DNA of 32,000 bases. Source: Xanthomonas campestris pv. campestris str. ATCC 33913 (GTDB lineage Bacteria > Pseudomonadota > Gammaproteobacteria > Xanthomonadales > Xanthomonadaceae). The notes under the pieces are model-generated. The model saw nothing but the letters and a program-made list of their open reading frames with translations, was not told where the DNA came from and did no database searches. The stretch spans positions 4,793,426-4,825,425 of the forward strand of contig NC_003902.1 of NCBI RefSeq assembly GCF_000007145.1, in the 5' to 3' direction. The position numbers were made by a program, and so were the translations under genes. Positions 1 through 6,442 of the stretch are shown piece by piece; the first letter of the stretch is position 1; the number at the start of each line of letters is the position of its first letter.

Positions 1-770
1 GTCAGCAACCTGGCGTACGCCGGGATCACCGCGCCGCTCACGGCCGCCTTGGCCTGCGCGCGCAGCTGCGCCTGCTCGGCGGCGGGGATCTGCGCGGGCA
101 GCTGCTTGAACGGTGCGTAGAAGGTGGACTCGGTGGGGTCGCTCACTTGCGCCACGGTGGCGATGGAGCCATCGCGCCCGTCCAGCACCGCGCGCGGCAC
201 GCTGAAGCCGCGGGCCAGGCCGGCGCGCATGTTGGCGACCTGCTGGTCGAAATAGCGCGGCACGTCATTGAGGCGGGCGATGTAGGCGCGGTATTCGGCG
301 GCGGTCTTCATTGGCCGCTGCGCCATGAAGCCCAGGTTGGACCAGAACGAGCTGTCCGAATTGAACGGCATCTCGTAGGCGCGCAGGCGCACTTCGGCGG
401 CGAGGTTTTCCACCTGCGGGCGGTAGATGGCGTAGTTGACCTGGTTGGCCGGGGAGAGCGTGGCCGGGTCGATGCCGTCCAGCTGCTTGAGCACGCCGTC
501 CCAGACCGCCAGGCGCGCCTGCTGCGCGGCCGGGCCAACGTCGGGCAGGCGGGTGTTGTCGCCGGTGGTGTCGGTGTCTTCGTCGGCCTGGCCGGTCTCG
601 GCCTGCCGCCATGCCCATTCTTTCTCGTAGATGGCGCGGAAGCGCGCATCGGCTGGCGCTTCGGCGCGCAGCGTGGCCGGCGCGTTGGCTGCCACCGGTG
701 GCGCGGCATCGGCGCTGAAGGACAGGCCCAGCAGGGCGAACGAAAGTGCGGCGGCAAGGGGAGATGTCAC
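1..770 (-). CDS. DUF885-family protein, N-terminal part (C-terminus lies beyond the window start)
   Basis: My own minus-strand translation from GTG (770-768) stays open to base 1. It is absent from the ORF track because there is no stop in the window. The product begins VTSPLAAALSFALLGLSFSADA (signal-like). It continues ..FRAIYEKEWAWRQ..NYAIYRPQVENLAAEVRLRAYEMPFNSDSSFWSNL..YRAYIARLNDVPRYFDQQVANMRAGLARGFSVPRAVL, which I recognise as the DUF885 pattern. GC3 is high. The exact start codon is uncertain. Confidence 0.65.
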   Translation of the reverse strand, partial: MTSPLAAALSFALLGLSFSADAAPPVAANAPATLRAEAPADARFRAIYEKEWAWRQAETGQADEDTDTTGDNTRLPDVGPAAQQARLAVWDGVLKQLDGIDPATLSPANQVNYAIYRPQVENLAAEVRLRAYEMPFNSDSSFWSNLGFMAQRPMKTAAEYRAYIARLNDVPRYFDQQVANMRAGLARGFSVPRAVLDGRDGSIATVAQVSDPTESTFYAPFKQLPAQIPAAEQAQLRAQAKAAVSGAVIPAYARLL

Positions 771-916
771 GTGCGGGCAACCTGCGGTCGAATCGAACCT
801 CCGATCATCGCAGGCACCGGGCCGGCTGCCATGGGCCGGAAGTCCCAACGCGTGCGTCAGGCTTGCGGCTGGGCTTGCTTCATCTCATGCAGCGCAGCGT
901 GCGGGGTTACCCCAGC

Positions 917-1555
917 TCAGTCCTTGTGCACCACCACCAGGTGACGCTCGCCGTCCAGGCCGGGCACCTGCAACGGATGCACCTCGCCCACGCGCCAGCC
1001 GGCGGGCAATGCGGCGATTTCCTCGTGCGGGTAGACGCCCTTCATCGCCAGCAGGCTGCCGCCCGGGCGCAGCAGATGCCCGCCGACGGCGATGATGCCG
1101 GCCAGCGTATCCAGCGCGCGGGCGGTGAGATGGTCGTAGGCGGCCGGTTCGTCCACGGCTTCGGCACGCGCCTCGGCCACGCGGGCATTGCCCAACGCCA
1201 GGTGCCGCAGCGCCTCGCGCATGAAACGCGCCTTCTTGCCGTTGCTTTCCACCAGCGTCACCTGCAGCTGCGGGCGGGTGATCGCCAGCGGGATGCCGGG
1301 CAGCCCGGGGCCGGTGCCCAGATCGGCCAGCGTGCCGCTGACGATGTAGGGCTGCATGGCCAGCGAATCGAGCAGATGGCGGGTGACCATCTCGCGCGGG
1401 TCGCGCACGGCGGTGAGGTTGTAGGTCTTGTTCCAGCGCACCAGCAGCGTCAGGTAACGCAGCAGCGGCGCGGCAAAGTCCGCATCCAGGGATTGGGCCT
1501 GCAGGCCGTTGGCCAGTGCGGCAGAGACATCGGGGGGAAGCGCAGCATCGTTCAT
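917..1555 (-). CDS. rsmG: 16S rRNA (guanine527-N7)-methyltransferase RsmG (GidB)
   Basis: The ORF 917..1666 contains [46 protein letters not shown] (SAM-binding GxGxG). I chose the internal ATG at 1555, giving 212 aa, because the 37 upstream residues are low-complexity read-through of a tandem repeat. Confidence 0.9.
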   Translation of the reverse strand: MNDAALPPDVSAALANGLQAQSLDADFAAPLLRYLTLLVRWNKTYNLTAVRDPREMVTRHLLDSLAMQPYIVSGTLADLGTGPGLPGIPLAITRPQLQVTLVESNGKKARFMREALRHLALGNARVAEARAEAVDEPAAYDHLTARALDTLAGIIAVGGHLLRPGGSLLAMKGVYPHEEIAALPAGWRVGEVHPLQVPGLDGERHLVVVHKD

Positions 1556-1587
1556 GCCGCGATTATCGCAGCTGGCAGTGGCGCGGC

Positions 1588-1636
1588 GGGATTGGGGATT
1601 GGGGATTGGGGATTGGGAAGCGGGAAGCGGGAAGCG
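1588..1636 (+). repeat. Tandem heptamer array (GGGATTG)x4 followed by (GGAAGCG)x3
   Basis: Read directly: gggattg gggattg gggattg gggattg ggaagcg ggaagcg ggaagcg. It lies 33 nt upstream of the rsmG ATG, in the rsmG/phoD divergent region. Confidence 0.95.
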
Positions 1637-1729
1637 GCTGTAGCAGCACACGAGCACGTTGCACACCGACGCCAGCCAGCCCCTGATTCATACCGTGTCG
1701 GGTGCGACACAGCGGCGCATCCCCGGCGC

Positions 1730-1765
1730 GGCCTGACGCGTTCGGTGGGGGACGCGCGTCAGGCC
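1730..1765. repeat. Perfect 11-bp inverted repeat (ggcctgacgcg / cgcgtcaggcc) with a 14-nt spacer; function unknown
   Basis: Read directly. It sits 118 nt upstream of the phoD ATG and could be a REP-like hairpin or a leader structure. Confidence 0.6.
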
Positions 1766-1882
1766 GTCCGGATCAGCGTGATCCCGGTCACGCGACTTCC
1801 ACCAGTGCCCTCCCGCGGACACGCGGCGGTCAAACAGCCGCGCTACACCTGCAGGCAGCCGCCGCTGACTGAAGGACTGCCC

Positions 1883-3475
1883 ATGTCTGCCTCCGATCCC
1901 GCCCGCCGCCGCCTGCTGCAAGGTCTGGGTGCCGGCCTGCTGTTGCCGGCCACAGCCGGTTGGTCCACACGCACATTGGCGGCGCCCTCCGGGCGTCCGC
2001 TGATCACCGATGGCGTGCAAAGCGGCGATGTGCAGGAGGGCCGCGCGATGCTGTGGAGCCGCTGCGATCGCCCGGCGCGGTTGCGGGTGGAATGGGATAC
2101 GCGACCGAGCCTGCGCCATGCACGGCGGATCGACGGCCCGCTGGCGCTGCCCACGCAGGATTTCACCGCACGCGTGGACCTGGCCGCGCTGCCGCCGGGG
2201 CAGGACATCTTCTACCGGGTGCGCTTCGAAGATGCACACAGCGGCGTGTTGAGCGCACCGGTGCACGGGCATCTGCGCAGTGCGCCGCAGACACGCCGCG
2301 ATGTGCGCTTTGTCTGGAGCGGCGACACCGTGGGCCAGGGCTTTGGCATCAATCCGGACATCGGTGGCATGCGCATCTATTCGGCGATGCGCGCACGCAA
2401 CCCGGACTTCTTCCTGCACAGCGGTGACACCATCTATGCCGATGGACCGGTCCCGGCCGAACTCACGGTGGAAGACGGCAAACGCTGGCGCAATCTCACC
2501 ACCGCCGCCAAGAGCAAGGTGGCCGAAACACTGGACGAATTTCGCGGCAATTACCGCTACAACCTGCTCGACGACCATCTGCGCCGCTTCAACGCCGAGG
2601 TGGCGCAGGTGTGGCAATGGGACGACCACGAAACCACCAACAACTGGTCGCCCGACAAGCAGCTGGATGCGCGTTACCAGGTGCGCGATATCGAGGTGCT
2701 GGCGGCGCGCGCACGCAAGGCCTTCCTGGAATACGCGCCGATGCGCGGCGTGCGGGCCGACGGCGATGGGCGCATCTACCGCAAGATCAGCTATGGCCCG
2801 CTGCTGGATGTGTTCGTGCTGGACATGCGTAGTTATCGCGGTGCCAACAGCGACAACCTGCAACCAACGCCCGGCGCAGATGCCGCGTTTCTCGGCCCGC
2901 AACAGCTGGCCTGGCTGCAGCGCGAACTGGCCGGCTCGCGCGCGCAATGGAAAGTGATTGCCGCCGACATGCCGATCGGGCTGCAGGTCCCCGACGGCCA
3001 GGATGCGGATGGACGTGCGCGCTGGGAAGCCATTGCCAATGGCGACCAGGGCGTGCCGCGTGGCCGCGAGCAGGAGATCGCCGCATTGCTGCGTTTCATC
3101 AGCACCGCGCGCATCCGCAATACACTCTGGCTCACTGCCGACGTGCACTACTGCGCGGCGCATTACTACCACCCGGATCAGGCCGCGTTTCAGCAGTTCG
3201 AACCGTTCTGGGAATTTGTCGCCGGCCCGCTCAATGCCGGCAGTTTCGGGCCGAATGCACTGGATGCCACCTTCGGCCCCACGGTGGTGTTCCAGAAGGC
3301 GCCACCGGCACCGAACACCTCACCGTTGGCAGGCTTTCAGTTCTTCGGCGAGGTGGAGATCGACGGCCACAGCGGCGTGCTCACGGTGACCTTGCGCGAC
3401 CTCGATGGCGTGGCGCAGTTTCGCCAGCCGATCCTGCCGCATGGCGCATTGCCGCCTCACACCGCCAACGGGTAA
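1883..3475 (+). CDS. phoD: PhoD-family alkaline phosphatase/phosphodiesterase with Tat signal
   Basis: This is the internal part of the 909-aa ORF. It begins MSASDPARRRLLQGLGAGLLLPATAG (twin-arginine motif). PhoD-like metallophosphatase motifs follow: VWSGDTVGQG, FLHSGDTIYAD, WDDHE, LTADVHY. The residues upstream of 1883 are non-protein-like. Confidence 0.88.
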   Translation: MSASDPARRRLLQGLGAGLLLPATAGWSTRTLAAPSGRPLITDGVQSGDVQEGRAMLWSRCDRPARLRVEWDTRPSLRHARRIDGPLALPTQDFTARVDLAALPPGQDIFYRVRFEDAHSGVLSAPVHGHLRSAPQTRRDVRFVWSGDTVGQGFGINPDIGGMRIYSAMRARNPDFFLHSGDTIYADGPVPAELTVEDGKRWRNLTTAAKSKVAETLDEFRGNYRYNLLDDHLRRFNAEVAQVWQWDDHETTNNWSPDKQLDARYQVRDIEVLAARARKAFLEYAPMRGVRADGDGRIYRKISYGPLLDVFVLDMRSYRGANSDNLQPTPGADAAFLGPQQLAWLQRELAGSRAQWKVIAADMPIGLQVPDGQDADGRARWEAIANGDQGVPRGREQEIAALLRFISTARIRNTLWLTADVHYCAAHYYHPDQAAFQQFEPFWEFVAGPLNAGSFGPNALDATFGPTVVFQKAPPAPNTSPLAGFQFFGEVEIDGHSGVLTVTLRDLDGVAQFRQPILPHGALPPHTANG

Positions 3476-4074
3476 CAGGCCAGCGCCGCGCGGCAGTCGG
3501 GCGCGGCCAGCCATTCGTGCAGCTGCCAGTGCGCAGCCTCGCCCAGCGCCGGGTCGCACCAGTGCAGCTGCAGCGCACCGGAGGCAACCGGTGCAAACGC
3601 CAACCGGTGCAGGCCGAACGACAGCCCGTGGCCATGGGCCTTCAGCAGCGCTTCCTTGGCGCACCACAGGCGGAAGAACAGCGGCTGTTGCGTCTCGGCG
3701 GGCAGCGCCGTCAGCCAGGCGATTTCGTCCGGGTGGAAGAACCGCTGCGCGATGTCCAGCAAGCGGGGGCGTTCGCGGATGCGTTCCAGATCCACGCCCA
3801 GCCGCACGCCGTGGCCCAGCCCTACCAGCAGATGATCGCCACTGTGGCTCCAGCCGGTGTCCCACTCGGGCAGGGCCGGCTGCAAGGTCGGCCGCCCGCG
3901 CGCGTCACGCTGCAGCGGCACCTGCGCCGGGTCCAGTCCCAACGCCTTGCCCAGCAATTCGCGCGCCTGCGGCTCGCCGCGTTCGCCGTGCCGATGCGCA
4001 CGCCGCCAGACCTGGGTGGTGCCGAATTGCCAGTGGTCCGGCTCCGCGGCTGGCTGCATGCCGGACGCCATCAC
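3457..4074 (-). CDS. 4'-phosphopantetheinyl transferase (Sfp/EntD type)
   Basis: 205 aa with the hallmarks GVDLERI and FFRLWCAKEALLKAHG (the W/F-x-x-KEA-x-x-K PPTase motif). Its 3' end overlaps convergent phoD by 19 nt. Confidence 0.85.
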   Translation of the reverse strand: MMASGMQPAAEPDHWQFGTTQVWRRAHRHGERGEPQARELLGKALGLDPAQVPLQRDARGRPTLQPALPEWDTGWSHSGDHLLVGLGHGVRLGVDLERIRERPRLLDIAQRFFHPDEIAWLTALPAETQQPLFFRLWCAKEALLKAHGHGLSFGLHRLAFAPVASGALQLHWCDPALGEAAHWQLHEWLAAPDCRAALACYPLAV

Positions 4075-4200
4075 GTGGCCTGCACCAACCCGAACCGCAG
4101 GCCGCGCCGTTCAGCGCGCTGCACAGGCGTTTCACGGCCGGCTGCGTTGAATGGCGCCCACGCACCAGCTCCGGTGCGAACGAACGAGGAGAGTGGGGGC

Positions 4201-4452
4201 ATGGGCATCATCATCTGGTTGATCGTCGGCGGGATCGTGGGTTGGCTGGCCAGCATCATCATGCGGCGTGATGCGCAGCAGGGCATCATCCTCAACGTAG
4301 TGGTGGGCATCGTGGGTGCAATGATCGCCGGGTTCCTGTCTGGCAACAGCATCAACCAGGCCATCACACTCATGACATTCGTGTGGTCGTTGATCGGTGC
4401 GGTCATCCTGCTGGCCATCGTCAATCTGTTTACCCGCGGTCGCGCGCGCTGA
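4201..4452 (+). CDS. GlsB/YeaQ/YmgE-family (transglycosylase-associated) small membrane protein
   Basis: MGIIIWLIVGGIVGWLASIIMRRDAQQGIILNVVVGIVGAMIAGFL.. (83 aa, three glycine-rich TM segments). The RBS gaggagag lies upstream and a terminator follows. Confidence 0.85.
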   Translation: MGIIIWLIVGGIVGWLASIIMRRDAQQGIILNVVVGIVGAMIAGFLSGNSINQAITLMTFVWSLIGAVILLAIVNLFTRGRAR

Positions 4453-4474
4453 TTCCATCGCAGGGCTGTGAACA

Positions 4475-4506
4475 CAACGCCCGGGCAAGCCCGGGCGTTG
4501 TTGTTT
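4475..4506. terminator. Rho-independent terminator, probably bidirectional
   Basis: Stem caacgcccggg / cccgggcgttg (11 bp), loop caag, then ttgttt. It lies between the convergent stop codons at 4452 (+) and 4522 (-). Confidence 0.75.
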
Positions 4507-4521
4507 CAGCTGGCCAAGGGC

Positions 4522-4956
4522 TCACTGCGGCGCGACGCGATCGGCCGGGTGATGGATGCCGTCTTCCACCGGCACGGTGATGTTCAACGCATACGGGTTG
4601 ACGCCCTCCAGGCAGCCGACGTTGTAGCCGTATTCGTTGGGATTGGAACGCCGGCGGTGATGCGTGTAGATGCCGCACACCCCGCAGAAATAATGCGCGG
4701 CTGCATGCGTGTTGAACTGGTACAGCCGCAACACGTCCTCGCCTTGACGCACGTGCAGGCCTTGCAGCGGCACCGAGGCCACGATGGCCCCGCGCCGGCG
4801 ACACATCGAGCAATCGCAGCGGCGCGGATCCACCAGGCCGTGCGGCAGGTCCAGATCGATCTGCACCGCCCCGCAGTGGCAATTCAACCGATGCACGGCG
4901 CCCAGCGTGATATCGCCCACCTTGTGCGTGCTGCGCCGCAAATGCCGCTCGCTCAT
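4522..4956 (-). CDS. GFA/CENP-V family protein (glutathione-dependent formaldehyde-activating-like, Zn-Cys cluster)
   Basis: MSERHL..LNCHCGAV..RRCDCSMC..YFCGVCG shows the typical GFA cysteine pattern. The ATG at 4956 overlaps the xthA stop (ATGA). The longer 243-aa version in the track is Arg/Pro-rich junk. Confidence 0.8.
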   Translation of the reverse strand: MSERHLRRSTHKVGDITLGAVHRLNCHCGAVQIDLDLPHGLVDPRRCDCSMCRRRGAIVASVPLQGLHVRQGEDVLRLYQFNTHAAAHYFCGVCGIYTHHRRRSNPNEYGYNVGCLEGVNPYALNITVPVEDGIHHPADRVAPQ

Positions 4957-5732
4957 GCGCCTGCCTCGGCCAACCGCACCCACGCCGGTGCGTGGTCGCT
5001 GGGGCGCTCCCAGGTGCGTGGTTCGCGGTCGATGCCCGCTTCCACCGCGCGGGCGCGCAGCGCATCCGACACCAACGTCAGGTCGATGCGCAGCCCCAGG
5101 TTGCGGCGGTAGGCGGCCTGGCGGTAATCCCACCAACTGAAGTGGCCGGCATCGTCGTGATGCAGGCGAAAAGCATCGTGCAGGCCCAGCGCCAGCAGCT
5201 TGTGCAGGGCGCCGCGCTCGGCGGTGGAAGTGAGGATGTGGTTGTCGCTCCACACCTCCGGCTCGTACACGTCGCGCGCGTCCGGGGCGATGTTGAAGTC
5301 GCCCAGCACCACCAGCTGCGGGTGGCGCTGCAGCTCCTGCGCGATCCAGTCGTGCACCGCCTCGAGCCAGCGCAGCTTGTAGGCGTACTTGTCGGTGCCC
5401 ACGTCCTGGCCGTTGACCACATACAGATTGATGATGCGCACACCATCGACGGTGGCGGCGATGACGCGCTGCTGCACGTCATCGAACCCGGGGATGCCCA
5501 TCTGCACCTCCAGCGCCGGCGAGCGCGACAGGATTGCCACGCCGTTGTAGGTCTTCTGCCCGCAGAACACGCTGCGGTAGCCCAGCGCGGCCAGTGCCGC
5601 ATCCGGGAACTTGTGGTCTTCCAGCTTGGTTTCCTGGATGCCCACCACGTCCGGCGCAAAATCCGCCAGCCACTGTTGCAGGTGCGGCAGGCGCACGTTG
5701 AGCGAGTTGACGTTCCAGGAGGCAATCTTCAT
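4953..5732 (-). CDS. xthA: Exodeoxyribonuclease III
   Basis: MKIASWNVNSLNVRLPHL..GIQETKL..NGVAILSR..LGDFNIAP..SDHAPAW, full-length at 259 aa, with all ExoIII/AP-endonuclease motifs. Confidence 0.95.
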   Translation of the reverse strand: MKIASWNVNSLNVRLPHLQQWLADFAPDVVGIQETKLEDHKFPDAALAALGYRSVFCGQKTYNGVAILSRSPALEVQMGIPGFDDVQQRVIAATVDGVRIINLYVVNGQDVGTDKYAYKLRWLEAVHDWIAQELQRHPQLVVLGDFNIAPDARDVYEPEVWSDNHILTSTAERGALHKLLALGLHDAFRLHHDDAGHFSWWDYRQAAYRRNLGLRIDLTLVSDALRARAVEAGIDREPRTWERPSDHAPAWVRLAEAGA

Positions 5733-5821
5733 GGCGCGGACCGTGGTTCAAACCACCAATGGTACCGCGCCCTCGTCCATGGCCCGATCAGTCCATCCAT
5801 CCACGACGCTCAAGGCTTCCG

Positions 5822-6382
5822 TCATGGACGCGGTTTGACCACCCGGTATTGGCTGCGCTCGCCGCTGCGTGGCCCGCGCGCATCGACATTGGCGCACAAG
5901 CGGTCACCACATAGAACGACATCGCTGTTGGCCACCGCCTGCAGCACCTTGGCATCGAGCCGGTAGCGCGTCAGGTCCCGGCGCGCTTCGGTCAGCAGGT
6001 ACACACTCGAGGCACAGGCCAGCACCGTCGCAACGATCAACCCGGCGCAGGTGATCCAGGCACGGGTGAGCCACCGCCTGCGCAGCGCTTCGTGCGCGGT
6101 TTCCACCGCCTGCAAGGCCGTGCCGGAGCGCGAGATCACCGCATCCAACCGGCGCGCGGCGGGCGCGAGACTGCTATCGAGCGCCTGCTGCCAGGCCTGC
6201 TGCAGCTGCGGCACCGCGCCGCCGACCAGGCGATTGATGTCATCGCCGTTGCGCGCAGCCAGGGCGCGCAGCGCTGCCATGTCCCGCTCCAGCGCCGCAT
6301 GCTGGCGCTGGTCGCGCGCTTCGATGGTGGCAGCCAGCGTGCCCAACGCCCTGGCCAGGTCCTTCAGCTCTTCTTGGTGCAT
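5822..6382 (-). CDS. Hypothetical coiled-coil protein with one TM segment and a Cys-containing C-terminal tail (tentatively MbeB/MobB-like architecture)
   Basis: 186 aa with host-like high GC3 and the RBS ggaga 6 nt upstream of the ATG. The N-terminal 110 aa are Ala/Leu/Gln-rich and helical. A TM segment (WITCAGLIVATVLACASSVYLL) follows, then the tail VVLCGDRLCANVDARGPRSGERSQYRVVKPRP. The gene starts 60 nt downstream of the lipase gene. Confidence 0.6.
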   Translation of the reverse strand: MHQEELKDLARALGTLAATIEARDQRQHAALERDMAALRALAARNGDDINRLVGGAVPQLQQAWQQALDSSLAPAARRLDAVISRSGTALQAVETAHEALRRRWLTRAWITCAGLIVATVLACASSVYLLTEARRDLTRYRLDAKVLQAVANSDVVLCGDRLCANVDARGPRSGERSQYRVVKPRP

Positions 6383-6442
6383 CCGTCGTCTCCGTCACCG
6401 TGCATCGCCAACGCGCATCCGCCTTGCCGCACATACCGGTGC

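Noticed and set aside
1588-1636. CRISPR array or telomere-like repeat
   Set aside because: These are contiguous 7-bp tandem repeats with no spacers and no cas genes. They form a microsatellite, not a CRISPR array.
746-3475. 909-aa ORF on the + strand
   Set aside because: Only the last 530 codons (from the ATG at 1883, which has a Tat signal) look like protein. The upstream part is Arg/Gly/His-rich, runs antisense through rsmG and crosses the heptamer repeat. It is an open-frame artefact of high GC.
3457-3475. Convergent 3'-end overlaps (phoD/PPTase 19 nt; ROK/hypothetical 13 nt at 16182-16194) as antisense regulation
   Set aside because: Short convergent overlaps are common in compact GC-rich genomes, and nothing in the sequence indicates a specific mechanism.
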